A DNA stretch of 64,000 nucleotides, from NCBI RefSeq assembly GCF_047600445.1, contig NZ_JASGKT010000001.1:454853-518852 (forward strand), read 5' to 3'. This DNA is from Piscinibacter sp. (GTDB lineage: Bacteria; Pseudomonadota; Gammaproteobacteria; Burkholderiales; Burkholderiaceae_C). The notes under the pieces are model-generated. The model searched no databases. It was not told where the DNA came from and saw nothing but the letters and a program-made list of their open reading frames with translations. Within the stretch, counting starts at the first letter, position 1; every line of letters starts with the position of its first letter. A program made the position numbers and the translations under genes. Of the stretch, positions 45,667 to 56,340 are shown one piece after another.

Positions 45667-46608
45667 TCAGAGGCCCAGGCCCTCGTCCACGCCCAGGTGC
45701 AGGTTCATCGCCTGCACGGCGGCGCCGCTGGCGCCCTTGCCGAGATTGTCGAGGCGCGCCATCAGCAGCGCCTGGGTGTCGTTGGCGAACACGAAGATGT
45801 CGACGCGGTTGGTGTCGTTGCAGGCCTGCACGTCGAAGAAGCCCGCTTCCAGCGTGGCCGGGTCGGACAGCGGCATCACGCGCACGAAGCGCTCGCCGCC
45901 GTAGTGTTTCACGTAGGCGGCGTGCAGCGCCTCGCCGGTCGTTCCGGCCGGCAATTGCGACAGATGCAAGGGCACACTCACTGTCAAACCCTTGTAGAAG
46001 CTGGCGACGATGGGCATGAAGTTCGGTGCCTGCGCAAGCCGCGCATGTGTCGTCATCTCCGGAATGTGCTTGTGCGCCAGCGTCAGCGCATAAGGCCGCG
46101 GCGAACTCAGGCGCGCATCGCCGCCCGCTTCGTACTGCTCGATCATCTTCTTGCCGCCGCCGGAATAGCCGGTGATCGAGGTCGCGCTGATCGGCAGCGC
46201 CGCCGGCACCAGGCCGGCATCGACCAGCGGGCGCAGCAGCAGGATGAAGGCCGAGGCGTGGCAGCCCGGGTTCGCGATGCGCTTGCTCTCACGCAGCGCG
46301 GCGCGCTGCCCGGGGGCCAGTTCGGGCAGGCCGAAGGCCCAGCCCGGCGCGGTGCGGTGTGCGGTGCTGGCGTCGATCAGGCAGGTCTTGGGGTTGGTCA
46401 CCAGCGCGGCCGCCTCCTTCGCCGCCGCGTCGGGCAGGCACAGGAAGGCCACGTCGGCGGCGTTCAGCAGGCGCGCGCGCTCGGCCTGATCCTTGCGCTT
46501 GTCGGCGTGGATGCGCAGCACCTCGACGTCGTCGCGCTGGGCGAGATACTCGTGGATGCGCAGGCCGGTGGTGCCCTCCTGGCCATCGACGAACACGCGG
46601 GTCTTCAT
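45667..46608 (-). CDS. argC: N-acetyl-gamma-glutamyl-phosphate reductase (short, type-2 ArgC)
   Basis: 313 aa. [16 protein letters not shown]...ANPGCHASA (catalytic Cys)...[13 protein letters not shown]. Confidence 0.9.
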   Translation of the reverse strand: MKTRVFVDGQEGTTGLRIHEYLAQRDDVEVLRIHADKRKDQAERARLLNAADVAFLCLPDAAAKEAAALVTNPKTCLIDASTAHRTAPGWAFGLPELAPGQRAALRESKRIANPGCHASAFILLLRPLVDAGLVPAALPISATSITGYSGGGKKMIEQYEAGGDARLSSPRPYALTLAHKHIPEMTTHARLAQAPNFMPIVASFYKGLTVSVPLHLSQLPAGTTGEALHAAYVKHYGGERFVRVMPLSDPATLEAGFFDVQACNDTNRVDIFVFANDTQALLMARLDNLGKGASGAAVQAMNLHLGVDEGLGL

Positions 46609-46624
46609 GTGAGGCTTCCAAACG

Positions 46625-47200
46625 ATGAGCGACAAGCATAAGGCAAACCCTGAGCTCGACGGCCTCGCGGTGCTGCTGCTGCCGGGCTGGCTGAACTCCG
46701 GCCCCGAGCATTGGCAAAGCCGCTGGGAAGCGCTGCACGGCCATCGCCGCGTCGAGCAGGCCGACTGGGAATGGCCGCGCCGCGGCGACTGGATGGCGCG
46801 GCTCGACGACGTGCTGCTGCAGACCCCGCAGCGCGCGCTGCTGGTCGCGCACAGCCTGGGCTGCCAGCTCGTGGCGAGCTGGGCCGCGCATTCGGCGCTG
46901 CACGATCGTGTCGCCGCGGCGCTGCTGGTCGCGCCGCCGGACACCGAGCGCGACGACATGCCGCCGAACCTGTTCAACTGGCGCCCCATCGTGCGCCGCG
47001 CCTTGCCCTTCCCGAGCCTGGCGGTGGTCAGCAGCGACGACCCCTACTGCGCGCCGGCGCGCGCGCAGCGCATGGCGGCCGACTGGGGCAGCGAGCGGGT
47101 CGACATCGGCGCGCGCGGCCACATCAACGGCGAGTCGGGCCTGGGCGACTGGCCCGAGGGCCTGGCCCTGCTCGGCCGCGTGGCCGGGCGCGCCGGCTGA
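46625..47200 (+). CDS. Alpha/beta serine hydrolase, YdeN/RBBP9-like
   Basis: [17 protein letters not shown], the nucleophile motif AHSLGC, and ...SDDPYC...GHIN are typical of the Ser_hydrolase (DUF1234-type) family. Confidence 0.8.
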   Translation: MSDKHKANPELDGLAVLLLPGWLNSGPEHWQSRWEALHGHRRVEQADWEWPRRGDWMARLDDVLLQTPQRALLVAHSLGCQLVASWAAHSALHDRVAAALLVAPPDTERDDMPPNLFNWRPIVRRALPFPSLAVVSSDDPYCAPARAQRMAADWGSERVDIGARGHINGESGLGDWPEGLALLGRVAGRAG

Positions 47201-47219
47201 TCGCGGACAATCGCGCCCC

Positions 47220-48113
47220 ATGGTCACCAAGAAACCCAAGGGCCTCGGGCTCGGGCTGGAAGCGCTGCTCGGCCCCAAGGTCGCCGACGCGCCGCGCCCG
47301 GCCGGCGACGCGCCGCCTGCCGCGCTCAAGCTCGACGTGCTGCAGCCCGGCAAGTACCAGCCGCGCACGCGCATGGACGAGGGCTCGCTGTACGAGCTGG
47401 CCGAGAGCATCAAGGCGCAGGGCGTGATGCAGCCGGTGCTGGTGCGCCCGCTCGCCGGCGGCCGCTACGAGATCATCGCCGGCGAGCGGCGCACGCGCGC
47501 GGCGCGGCTGGCCGGGCTCGACGAAGTGCCGGTGCTGGTGAAGGACGTGCCCGACGAGGCCGCCGCGGCGATGTCGCTGATCGAGAACATCCAGCGTGAA
47601 GACCTCAACCCGCTCGAAGAGGCGCAAGGCCTCAAGCGCCTGACCGACGAGTTCGGCCTGACGCACGAGCAGGCCGCGCAGGCGGTGGGCCGCTCGCGCA
47701 GCGCGGCGAGCAACCTGCTGCGCCTGCTCAACCTGAGCGAGCCGGTGCAGCAGATGCTGATGGCCGGCGACCTCGACATGGGCCATGCGCGCGCGCTGCT
47801 GCCGCTCGACGGCGCGCAGCAGATCCTTGCCGCGAACGACGTGGCGGCGCGCAAGCTCAGCGTGCGCGAGGCCGAGAAGCTCGTCGCAAGACTGCAGCAC
47901 CAGCGCCAGCAGCCGCTGCTGCGCGTGGCCAAGGAAAAGCCGCGCGACGTGACGCGCATCGAGGAAGAGCTGTCCGATGCGCTCACGGCCAGGGTCGAGA
48001 TCCGCATCAAGAAGCGCACCAAGCGCGGCGAACAGGGCGAGGTGGCGATCGCCTTCGGCTCGCTCGACGAGTTGAACGGCCTGCTCGACAGGCTCGGCCT
48101 GTCCGCGCGCTGA
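47220..48113 (+). CDS. parB: Chromosome partitioning protein ParB (Spo0J)
   Basis: [10 protein letters not shown], the ParB box QPVLVRP...[17 protein letters not shown], and the [26 protein letters not shown]. Confidence 0.96.
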   Translation: MVTKKPKGLGLGLEALLGPKVADAPRPAGDAPPAALKLDVLQPGKYQPRTRMDEGSLYELAESIKAQGVMQPVLVRPLAGGRYEIIAGERRTRAARLAGLDEVPVLVKDVPDEAAAAMSLIENIQREDLNPLEEAQGLKRLTDEFGLTHEQAAQAVGRSRSAASNLLRLLNLSEPVQQMLMAGDLDMGHARALLPLDGAQQILAANDVAARKLSVREAEKLVARLQHQRQQPLLRVAKEKPRDVTRIEEELSDALTARVEIRIKKRTKRGEQGEVAIAFGSLDELNGLLDRLGLSAR

Positions 48114-48195
48114 GGCGTAGCGCGACGCGCGCTTTGCGAAACTTTGCACGCGCCGGCGTGCCCGTGCGTGCCGCGCCGATCAACCAATGTGCGCG

Positions 48196-48211
48196 AGGCA
48201 CGTTAATTGCT
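48196..48211 (+). promoter_or_regulatory. Sigma-54 (RpoN) -24/-12 promoter AGGCACG-ttaa-TTGCT
   Basis: GG-N10-GC with flanks matching TGGCACG-N4-TTGCW. It lies about 195 nt upstream of the prkA ATG in a lower-G+C intergenic region. Confidence 0.6.
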
Positions 48212-48404
48212 GAATTCGCGGCGACAAGACCCTTATGAGGAACTACGCCCGAATGCACGGTTAAATCGGCTTTACGGCAGGAACGATTTGCCGCAAGCTT
48301 GAATCGACATCGCTGGACGCGCGAGACCGATACCGGAAAGCTCTGATGGAGCCCGCCAGGACTTCATCAGAACTTCCCCAGTCCTGAATGAACAGGAGAT
48401 CGGC

Positions 48405-50327
48405 ATGGACGTGATCAGCAGCTTCGCCGCGCGTTACGAGCGCACCCGCGAAGAAGAGCTCTCGCTCGAGGACTACCTCGCCGAGTGCAAGCGCAACCCC
48501 CTGGCCTACGCCACGGCCGCCGAGCGCATGCTCAAGGCCATCGGCGAGCCCCAGACCATCGACACGCGCAACGACCCGCGCCTGTCGCGCATCTTCGCGA
48601 ACAAGATCATCAAGATCTATCCGGCCTTCGCCGAGTTCTACGGCATGGAGGACTCGATCGAGCAGGTGGTCTCGTACTTCCGCCACGCCGCGCAGGGCCT
48701 GGAGGAGAAGAAGCAGATCCTCTACCTGCTCGGGCCCGTGGGCGGCGGCAAGAGCTCGATCGCCGAGCGCCTGAAGCAACTGATGCAGGAGGTGCCCTTC
48801 TACGCGATCAAGGGCTCGCCGGTGAACGAGTCGCCGCTCGGGCTGTTCGACGCCGTGGAGGACGGGCCGATCCTGGAGAAGGAATACGGCATCCCGCGCC
48901 GCTACCTGAACCGCATCCTGTCGCCCTGGGCGGTGAAGCGCCTGGACGAGTACGGCGGCGACATCCGCAAGTTCAAGGTCGTCAAGCGCTACCCGTCGGT
49001 GCTCAAGCAGATCGGCATCGCCAAGACCGAGCCGGGCGACGAGAACAACCAGGACATCAGCTCGCTCGTCGGCAAGGTCGACATCCGCAAGCTCGAGACC
49101 TTCGCGCAGGACGACCCCGACGCCTACAGCTTCTCCGGCGGGCTGTGCCTGGCCAACCAGGGCCTGCTCGAATTCGTCGAGATGTTCAAGGCGCCGATCA
49201 AGGTGCTGCACCCGCTGCTGACCGCCACGCAGGAAGGCAACTTCAAGGGCACCGAGGGCTTCGGCGCGATCCCGTTCGACGGCGTGGTGCTCGCGCACAG
49301 CAACGAGAGCGAGTGGAAGGCGTTCCGCAACAACAAGAACAACGAGGCCTTCCTCGACCGCATCTACATCGTCAAGGTGCCGTACTGCCTGCGCGTCTCG
49401 GAAGAGATCAAGATCTACGAGAAGTTGCTGCGCGGCTCGTCGCTGGCCAACGCCACCTGCGCGCCCGGCACGCTGAAGATGATGAGCCAGTTTGCGGTGC
49501 TGACGCGGCTGAAGGAGCCGGAGAACTCGTCGCTGTTCAGCAAGATGCTGGTCTACGACGGCGAGAACCTGAAGGACACCGACCCGCGCGCCAAGAGCTT
49601 CCAGGAGTACCGCGACTACGCCGGCGTCGACGAGGGCATGAGCGGCATCTCGACGCGCTTCGCCTTCAAGATCATCTCCAAGGTGTTCAACTTCGACTCG
49701 ACCGAGGTGGCCGCCAACCCGGTGCACCTGATGTACGTGCTCGAGCAGCAGATCGAGCGCGAGCAGTTCCCGGCCGAGACCGAGCAGAAGTACCTCGCCT
49801 TCATCAAGGAGCACCTGGCCACGCGCTACGCCGAGTTCATCGGCAAGGAGATCCAGACCGCCTACCTGGAGAGCTACAGCGAGTACGGCCAGAACATCTT
49901 CGACCGCTACGTCACCTACGCCGACTACTGGATCCAGGACCACGAGTACCGCGACACCGACACCGGCGAGGTGTTCGACCGCGCCAGCCTGAACGCCGAG
50001 CTGGAGAAGATCGAGAAGCCGGCCGGCATCGCCAACCCGAAGGACTTCCGCAACGAGATCGTCAACTTCGTGCTGCGCGCGCGCGCCAACAACGCCGGCA
50101 AGAACCCGCTGTGGACCAGCTACGAGAAGCTGCGCACGGTGATCGAGAAGAAGATGTTCTCGAACACCGAGGAGCTGCTGCCGGTGATCAGCTTCAACGC
50201 CAAGGCGAGCGCCGACGAGGCCAAGAAGCACGAGGACTTCGTGACGCGCATGGTCGCCAAGGGCTACACCGCCAAGCAGGTGCGGCTGCTGTGCGAGTGG
50301 TATCTGCGGGTGAGGAAGTCGTCCTGA
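48405..50327 (+). CDS. prkA: PrkA-family serine protein kinase (YeaG)
   Basis: 640 aa. SLEDYL......P..YA.A.ERML.AIG, the P-loop LLGPVGGGKSS, and near-colinear similarity to E. coli YeaG throughout. Confidence 0.96.
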   Translation: MDVISSFAARYERTREEELSLEDYLAECKRNPLAYATAAERMLKAIGEPQTIDTRNDPRLSRIFANKIIKIYPAFAEFYGMEDSIEQVVSYFRHAAQGLEEKKQILYLLGPVGGGKSSIAERLKQLMQEVPFYAIKGSPVNESPLGLFDAVEDGPILEKEYGIPRRYLNRILSPWAVKRLDEYGGDIRKFKVVKRYPSVLKQIGIAKTEPGDENNQDISSLVGKVDIRKLETFAQDDPDAYSFSGGLCLANQGLLEFVEMFKAPIKVLHPLLTATQEGNFKGTEGFGAIPFDGVVLAHSNESEWKAFRNNKNNEAFLDRIYIVKVPYCLRVSEEIKIYEKLLRGSSLANATCAPGTLKMMSQFAVLTRLKEPENSSLFSKMLVYDGENLKDTDPRAKSFQEYRDYAGVDEGMSGISTRFAFKIISKVFNFDSTEVAANPVHLMYVLEQQIEREQFPAETEQKYLAFIKEHLATRYAEFIGKEIQTAYLESYSEYGQNIFDRYVTYADYWIQDHEYRDTDTGEVFDRASLNAELEKIEKPAGIANPKDFRNEIVNFVLRARANNAGKNPLWTSYEKLRTVIEKKMFSNTEELLPVISFNAKASADEAKKHEDFVTRMVAKGYTAKQVRLLCEWYLRVRKSS

Positions 50328-50347
50328 GGCCGCGAGCCGAGGCACCG

Positions 50348-51625
50348 ATGGCCCTGCAAAGCATCATCGATCGCCGGCTGGCGGGCAAGAACAAGTCCAT
50401 CGGCAACCGCGAGCGCTTCCTGCGCCGCCACAAGGAGCAGATCCGTGAGGCGGTCAAGCGCGCGGTCGACGGCCGCGGCATCCGCGACATCGAGAACGGC
50501 GAGGACATCCGCATTCCCAAGCGCGACATCAGCGAGCCGGTGTTCGGCCACGGCCAGGGCGGCCGGCGCGAAATGGTGCACCCGGGCAACAAGGACTTCG
50601 TGCGCGGCGACCGCATCAAGCGGCCCGAGGGCGGCGGTGGCGGTGGGGGCGGCGGCGGGCAGGCCAGCGATTCCGGCGAGGGCGAGGACGACTTCGTCTT
50701 CCACCTCAGCAAGGAAGAGTTCATGCAGGTCTTCTTCGACGACCTCGCGCTGCCCAACCTCGCGCGCACCACGCTGGCCGAAACGCCCGAGTACAAGACG
50801 CACCGCGCCGGCTTCTCCAGCGACGGCACGCCCAACAACCTGCACGTGGTGCGCTCGATGCGCGGCGCGCTGGGCCGGCGCATCGCGCTGGGCACCGAGT
50901 CGCGCCGCGAGCTGCGCGCGCTGGAAGAGCGCCTGGCCGAGATGAAGCGCCAGGGCGAGGCGCCGGCGCGCGAGATCGAGGAAGTCGAGCGGCAGATCGA
51001 GGCCCTGCGGGCGCGGCTCGACCGCATTCCCTACCTCGACCCGATCGACCTGCGCTTCCGCAGCCGCGTGCGCGTGCCGGTGCCCACCTCCAAGGCGGTG
51101 ATGTTCTGCCTGATGGACGTCTCCGGCTCGATGGACGAGGCGCGCAAGGACCTGGCCAAGCGCTTCTTCATCCTGCTGTACCTGTTCCTGACGCGCCACT
51201 ACGAGAAGATCGACATCGTCTTCATCCGCCACCACACGCAGGCGCAGGAGGTCGACGAGCACGAGTTCTTCCACGCCACCGAGACCGGCGGCACGGTGGT
51301 CTCCAGCGCGCTGGTGCTGATGGACGAGATCGCGCGCGCGCGCTACCCGACCAGCGAGTGGAACATCTACGGCGCGCAGGCCAGCGACGGCGACAACTGG
51401 CACCACGACAGCGGCCGCTGCCGCGATCTGCTGAACGACCGCATCCTGCCGCTGTGCCGCTACTTCGCCTACGTGCAGGTGGCCGAGGAAGAGCAGAACC
51501 TGTGGGACGAATACGCCGCGCTGGCCGCCGAGAGCAAGGTCTTCGCGGTGCGCAAGGCGACCGAGGCCAGCCAGATCTACCCGGTGTTCCGCGACCTGTT
51601 CAAGAAGGAAGGGCACCCCGCATGA
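50348..51625 (+). CDS. yeaH: YeaH/YhbH family protein (DUF444, vWA-like)
   Basis: 425 aa. IIDRRL.GKNKS..NR.RFL.R, a poly-Gly tract, and ...MDVSGSM.... It follows prkA. Confidence 0.93.
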   Translation: MALQSIIDRRLAGKNKSIGNRERFLRRHKEQIREAVKRAVDGRGIRDIENGEDIRIPKRDISEPVFGHGQGGRREMVHPGNKDFVRGDRIKRPEGGGGGGGGGGQASDSGEGEDDFVFHLSKEEFMQVFFDDLALPNLARTTLAETPEYKTHRAGFSSDGTPNNLHVVRSMRGALGRRIALGTESRRELRALEERLAEMKRQGEAPAREIEEVERQIEALRARLDRIPYLDPIDLRFRSRVRVPVPTSKAVMFCLMDVSGSMDEARKDLAKRFFILLYLFLTRHYEKIDIVFIRHHTQAQEVDEHEFFHATETGGTVVSSALVLMDEIARARYPTSEWNIYGAQASDGDNWHHDSGRCRDLLNDRILPLCRYFAYVQVAEEEQNLWDEYAALAAESKVFAVRKATEASQIYPVFRDLFKKEGHPA

Positions 51626-53250
51626 CGCGCAAGGCCAACTTCGTGCCCGACGGCACCGCCGACCTGTTCGAGCCCGAGCTCGCCGGCGCGCTGAAGGGCC
51701 GCGTGCGGCGCGCCGCCGACATCGTGACGCCGCCGCGCGCCGCGCGGCCGCTGGAGGCGCCGAGCGACTGGTCGTTCGAGCTGATCGAGCAGTACCACGC
51801 GGTGATCCGCGAGACCGCCGAGCGCTTCGGCCTCGACACCTACCCGAACCAGCTCGAGATCATCACCGCCGAGCAGATGATGGACGCCTATGCCTCGGTG
51901 GGCATGCCGGTGAACTACCGCCACTGGAGCTACGGCAAGGAGTTCATCGCCACCGAGAAGAACTACAAGCGCGGCCACATGGGGCTGGCCTACGAGATCG
52001 TCATCAACTCCAACCCCTGCATCAGCTACCTGATGGAGGAGAACACGATGGCGATGCAGGCGCTGGTGATCGCGCACGCCGCCTACGGCCACAACAGCTT
52101 CTTCAAGGGCAACTACCTGTTCCGCATGTGGACCGATGCGGCGTCGATCATCGACTACCTCGTCTACGCGAAGAACTACGTCGCCGACTGCGAGGAGCGC
52201 CACGGCGTCGCCGCGGTCGAGGAGCTGCTCGACAGCTGCCACGCGCTGATGAGCCACGGCGTCGACCGCTACCGCCGCCCGAGCAAGCTCAGCCTGACGC
52301 AGGAGCTGGCGCGCAGCAAGGACCGCGAGGCCTACGCGCAGCAGCAGGTCAACGACCTGTGGCGCACGCTGCCGAAGAAGGCCGAGAAGGCCGCCGACGA
52401 GAAGGAGCCGCGCCGCTTCCCCGAGGAGCCGCAGGAGAACCTGCTGTACTTCATCGAGAAGAACGCGCCGCTGCTCGAACCCTGGCAGCGCGAGGTGGTG
52501 CGCATCGTGCGCAAGGTGGCGCAGTACTTCTACCCGCAGCGCCAGACGCAGGTGATGAACGAGGGCTGGGCGACCTTCTGGCACCACAAGCTGCTCAACA
52601 CGCTGTACGACGACGGCCGCATGTCCGAGGGCATGATGATCGAGTGGCTGAAGTCGCACACCAACGTGGTGTACCAGCCGCCGGTGGGCCACCCGCACTA
52701 CAGCGGCATCAACCCCTACGCGCTCGGCTTCGCGATGTACACCGACATCAAGCGCATCTGCGAGAACCCGACCGACGAGGACCGCGCCTGGTTCCCCGCC
52801 ATCGCCGGCAGCGACTGGCTCGAGACGCTCGACCACGCGATGCGCAACTTCAAGGACGAGAGCTTCGTCGGCCAGTACCTCAGCCCCAAGCTGATGCGCG
52901 ACTTCCGGCTGTTCTCCATCGTCGACGACGAGCGCGACAGCGAGCTGGAGGTGGCGGCGATCCACGACGAGAGCGGCTACCGCGCGGTGCGCGAGGCGCT
53001 GTCGCGCCAGTACGACCTGGGCCAGCGCGAGCCCAACATCCAGGTGTGGAGCGTCAACCTGCGCGGCGACCGCTCGCTGACGCTGCGCCACACCCAGCAC
53101 GACGACCGCCCGCTGCACGACACCGCGCAGGAAGTGCTCAAGCACGTGGCGCGGCTGTGGGGCTTCGGCGTGCACCTGGACAGCGTCAACGCCCGAGGCG
53201 AGACCACCAAGCGCTGGAGCGTGCCGCCGCCGGCTCAGCAGGGCGGCTGA
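51622..53250 (+). CDS. ycgB: SpoVR family protein (YcgB)
   Basis: ATGA overlap with yeaH. The motifs NYRHWS.GK.F, GLAYE.VINSNPC.SYLME.N and VIAHA.YGHNSFFK.N are present. Confidence 0.93.
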   Translation: MTRKANFVPDGTADLFEPELAGALKGRVRRAADIVTPPRAARPLEAPSDWSFELIEQYHAVIRETAERFGLDTYPNQLEIITAEQMMDAYASVGMPVNYRHWSYGKEFIATEKNYKRGHMGLAYEIVINSNPCISYLMEENTMAMQALVIAHAAYGHNSFFKGNYLFRMWTDAASIIDYLVYAKNYVADCEERHGVAAVEELLDSCHALMSHGVDRYRRPSKLSLTQELARSKDREAYAQQQVNDLWRTLPKKAEKAADEKEPRRFPEEPQENLLYFIEKNAPLLEPWQREVVRIVRKVAQYFYPQRQTQVMNEGWATFWHHKLLNTLYDDGRMSEGMMIEWLKSHTNVVYQPPVGHPHYSGINPYALGFAMYTDIKRICENPTDEDRAWFPAIAGSDWLETLDHAMRNFKDESFVGQYLSPKLMRDFRLFSIVDDERDSELEVAAIHDESGYRAVREALSRQYDLGQREPNIQVWSVNLRGDRSLTLRHTQHDDRPLHDTAQEVLKHVARLWGFGVHLDSVNARGETTKRWSVPPPAQQGG

Positions 53251-54671
53251 GGCTCGCTCGCGTAGGGCTCGGGCAGCCGCTCGTCCTCGCGGATGCGCAG
53301 CGCCCGCCCCAGCGCCGGGAAGGCGCGCTGCGCGCAGGCCGGGCGGTCGCAGACCTTGCAGCCCGGGCCGATCGGCGTGGCGGCGGCGGCGTCCAGCGCC
53401 AGCCCGCGCGAGTAGACCAGCCGGTCGGCGTGGCGGCGGTCGCAGCCGAGCGCGACGGCGAAGGCGCGCTCGGGCGCGCCGAAGCCGCCGCCCGGGCTGC
53501 GCACGCTGCGCGCGATCCACAGGTAGGTGCGGCCGTCGGGCATCTGCGCGAGCTGCGTCAGCACGCGGTCGGGCTGCGCGAAGGCTTCGTACACGTTCCA
53601 CAGCGGGCAGGTGCCGCCGCTGCGCGAGAAGTGGAAGTCGGTGGCCGACTGGCGCTTGGAGATGTTGCCCGCGCGGTCGACGCGGATGAAGAAGAAGGGC
53701 ACGCCCGGCGCCTCGGGCCGCTGCAGCGTCGACAGGCGGTGGCAGACGGTCTCGAAGCTCACGCCGAAGCGACGCGCCAGCAGCTCGATGTCGTAGCGCA
53801 GCGCCTGCGCCGCGGCCAGGAAGGCGCCGTAGGGCAGCACCAGCGCGCCGGCGAAGTAGCTCGCCAGGCCGATGCGCGCCAGCGCGCGCGACTCGGCGCC
53901 GCGCAGCGCCGCGCCGGCCACGCGCTGCGCGATCAGCTCGCCGGCCTCCAGGAACGCGAGCTGCACGCCGAGCTGGAAGCTGCGCTGGCCGGGCGTCAGC
54001 CCGGGGTGCAGGCGCAGCACGCGGCGCGCGTCGTCGAAGCGGCGCAGCGCGCCGTCCGCGTCGCTCTCGGCGGTCTGCACCGCGATACCGTGGCGTTGCT
54101 TGAGCAGGCGTTGCAGCGGCTGCGCCAGCTCGCCGGCCAGCAGCGAAGCCGGGCGCAACTGCGCGTGCAGCGACTCGGCGAGCGCGTCGAGCTCGGCGAT
54201 GTGGTTGTGGTTGGCGTAGAAGAAGTCGCGCACCTCCTCGTGCGGCTGGCTCGGCGCGACGCCGCTGAGCGCGGCGCGGTCGCCGGCCTCGTCGGCCAGC
54301 GCTTCGAGCCGCTCGCGCGCCTCGCGCGCCTGGCGGTGCAGCTCGATCATGCGCCGCGCCACCGCCGGCATCTGCTGCGCCAGCGAGCGCAGCTCGGCGG
54401 CGGCGATCGCGGCGCCCGGGCCGGTGTCGACGGCGGCGTCCTGCAACTGCGCGACCAGGCGCGCCTCCTCGTCCTCGGAGAACCATTGCAGGTCCACGCC
54501 CAGCGCCGCCTGCAGCCGCAGCAGCACCGGCACCGACAGCGGGCGCTGGTTGTTCTCGAGCTGGTTGACGTAGCTGGGCGACAGCGCCAGCAACTGCGCG
54601 AGCGCCGCCTGCGTCAGGCCGCGCTGCTCGCGCAGCGTGCGCAGCCGCACCCCCATGAACGTCTTGCGCAT
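53235..54671 (-). CDS. XRE-family regulator with ImmA/IrrE-like and DUF2083 domains (short-chain fatty acyl-CoA regulator, ScfR/PrpR-type)
   Basis: HTH: [40 protein letters not shown]. The long C-terminal region ends in ...CK.CDR..C.QRAFP. It is divergent from the prp genes. The 3' end overlaps ycgB by 16 nt (convergent). Confidence 0.88.
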   Translation of the reverse strand: MRKTFMGVRLRTLREQRGLTQAALAQLLALSPSYVNQLENNQRPLSVPVLLRLQAALGVDLQWFSEDEEARLVAQLQDAAVDTGPGAAIAAAELRSLAQQMPAVARRMIELHRQAREARERLEALADEAGDRAALSGVAPSQPHEEVRDFFYANHNHIAELDALAESLHAQLRPASLLAGELAQPLQRLLKQRHGIAVQTAESDADGALRRFDDARRVLRLHPGLTPGQRSFQLGVQLAFLEAGELIAQRVAGAALRGAESRALARIGLASYFAGALVLPYGAFLAAAQALRYDIELLARRFGVSFETVCHRLSTLQRPEAPGVPFFFIRVDRAGNISKRQSATDFHFSRSGGTCPLWNVYEAFAQPDRVLTQLAQMPDGRTYLWIARSVRSPGGGFGAPERAFAVALGCDRRHADRLVYSRGLALDAAAATPIGPGCKVCDRPACAQRAFPALGRALRIREDERLPEPYASEPQPPC

Positions 54672-54685
54672 CCCGGCCGCCCTTG

Positions 54686-54710
54686 TTCGCAAACTTCGCA
54701 GATTTGCAGA
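54686..54710. promoter_or_regulatory. Three tandem imperfect 8-mers TTCGCAAA-c-TTCGCAGA-TTTGCAGA
   Basis: Lies in the divergent regulator/prp intergenic region. The 8-mers resemble the TTTGCAAA motif reported for ScfR-family regulators. An inverted partner, TTGCGAAC, abuts the thioesterase ATG. Confidence 0.4.
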
Positions 54711-54778
54711 ATCCGCTTCGCTTTCCTTCGCCAATTCAGGCGTTGCGCCCAGCATAACGCATCGCGAAGATTGCGAAC

Positions 54779-55189
54779 ATGCTGCGCACCACCGAACCGC
54801 CCCGCTGCGACGAGCTGACGCTGACCGAGCTGGTGCTTCCCGAACAGGCCAACCACTACGGCACGCTGTTCGGCCCCAACGCGCTGGCGCTGCTGGGCAA
54901 GGCGGCGTTTCTCGTCGCCACGCGCTACGCGCGCCAGGCCATCGTGATGGCGGCCGCCAACCGCATCGAGTTCCTGCAACCGGTGCCCGTCGGGGCGGTG
55001 CTGAAGCTCAGCGCCCGCATCGCGCGCACCGGGCGCAGCTCGCTGACGGCGCGCGTCGTCGGCTACCTCGACTCCGAGCAGGGCCCGGCCGCCGACGCGG
55101 TGCTGCGCGGCGATTTCGAGATGGTCGCCGTCGACGCCCGGGGCCGCCCGACCCCTCTTCAGACCCCACCGAACCGGAGACTTCCATGA
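54779..55189 (+). CDS. Acyl-CoA thioesterase (hotdog fold, 4HBT/YciA-like)
   Basis: [29 protein letters not shown] and ...F..PV.VG..L...A......GRSS. There is an ATGA overlap with prpC. Confidence 0.8.
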   Translation: MLRTTEPPRCDELTLTELVLPEQANHYGTLFGPNALALLGKAAFLVATRYARQAIVMAAANRIEFLQPVPVGAVLKLSARIARTGRSSLTARVVGYLDSEQGPAADAVLRGDFEMVAVDARGRPTPLQTPPNRRLP

Positions 55190-56340
55190 GCGAGACCCCC
55201 AGCACCGGCCCCAAGCCGAAAAAGTCCGTGGCCCTGTCCGGCGTGACGGCCGGCAACACCGCGCTGTGCACCGTGGGCCGCACCGGCAACGACCTGCACT
55301 ACCGCGGCTACGACATCCTGGACATCGCCGAGGTCTGCGAGTTCGAGGAGATCGCCCACCTGCTGGTGCACGGCAAGCTGCCCACGCGCGCCGAGCTGAA
55401 GGCCTACAAGGCCAGGCTCAAGGCGATGCGCGGCCTGCCCGCCGCGGTGAAGAGCGCGCTGGAGACCGTGCCCGCCGCCGCGCACCCGATGGACGTGATG
55501 CGCACCGGTGTCTCGGCGCTGGGCTGCGCGCTGCCCGAGAAGGACGACCACAACCCGCCCGGCGCGCGCGACATCGCCGACCGCCTGATGGCCTCGCTGG
55601 GTTCGATGCTGCTGTACTGGTACCACTGGAGCACGCAGGGCAAGCGCATCGAGGTCGAGACCGACGACGACTCCATCGGCGGCCACTTCCTGCACCTGCT
55701 GCACGGCGAGAGGCCGTCCGCCGAGTGGGTGCGCGCGATGCACACCTCGCTGAACCTGTACGCCGAGCACGAGTTCAACGCCAGCACCTTCACGGCGCGC
55801 GTGATCGCCGGCACCGGCAGCGACATGTATTCGGCCATCGCCGGGGCGATCGGCGCGCTGCGCGGCCCCAAGCACGGCGGCGCCAACGAGGTGGCCTTCG
55901 AGATCCAGAAGCGCTACGACCATCCCGACGAGGCCGAGGCCGACATCCGCCGCCGCGTCGAGGCCAAGGAGGTCGTCATCGGCTTCGGCCACCCGGTCTA
56001 CACGGTCAGCGACCCGCGCAACGTGGTCATCAAGGGCGTGGCCCGGCGCCTGTCGGAGACGGCCGGCTCGATGAAGATGTACGACATCGCCGAGCGGCTG
56101 GAGTCGGTGATGTGGGACGTGAAGAAGATGTTCCCGAACCTCGACTGGTTCAGCGCCGTCAGCTACCACATGATGGGCGTGCCGACGGCGATGTTCACGC
56201 CGCTGTTCGTCATCGCCCGCACCAGCGGCTGGGCGGCGCACGTGATCGAGCAGCGCATCGACAACAAGATCATCCGTCCCAGCGCCAACTACACCGGGCC
56301 CGAAGACCAGAAGTTCTTCCCCATCGCAGAGCGCGCGTGA
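55186..56340 (+). CDS. prpC: 2-methylcitrate synthase
   Basis: 384 aa. [35 protein letters not shown] and GFGHPVY are citrate-synthase family motifs, in prp context. Confidence 0.93.
   Translation: MSETPSTGPKPKKSVALSGVTAGNTALCTVGRTGNDLHYRGYDILDIAEVCEFEEIAHLLVHGKLPTRAELKAYKARLKAMRGLPAAVKSALETVPAAAHPMDVMRTGVSALGCALPEKDDHNPPGARDIADRLMASLGSMLLYWYHWSTQGKRIEVETDDDSIGGHFLHLLHGERPSAEWVRAMHTSLNLYAEHEFNASTFTARVIAGTGSDMYSAIAGAIGALRGPKHGGANEVAFEIQKRYDHPDEAEADIRRRVEAKEVVIGFGHPVYTVSDPRNVVIKGVARRLSETAGSMKMYDIAERLESVMWDVKKMFPNLDWFSAVSYHMMGVPTAMFTPLFVIARTSGWAAHVIEQRIDNKIIRPSANYTGPEDQKFFPIAERA

Noticed and set aside
45903-45918. Possible third parS (GTGTTTCACGTAGGCG) inside argC
   Set aside because: Only the left half-site matches and the right half is unrelated. 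It is probably a chance occurrence.
48144-48160. TGCACGC-gccg-GCGTGC as an NtrC binding site
   Set aside because: The spacing differs by 1 nt from TGCACC-N5-GGTGCA and there is only one copy. It is mentioned as a possibility under the sigma-54 finding but not called as a feature.
50630-50660. A GGC/GGT/GGG run in yeaH (poly-Gly), as a possible repeat element
   Set aside because: It encodes the low-complexity Gly linker common in YeaH/YhbH proteins. It is not an independent element.
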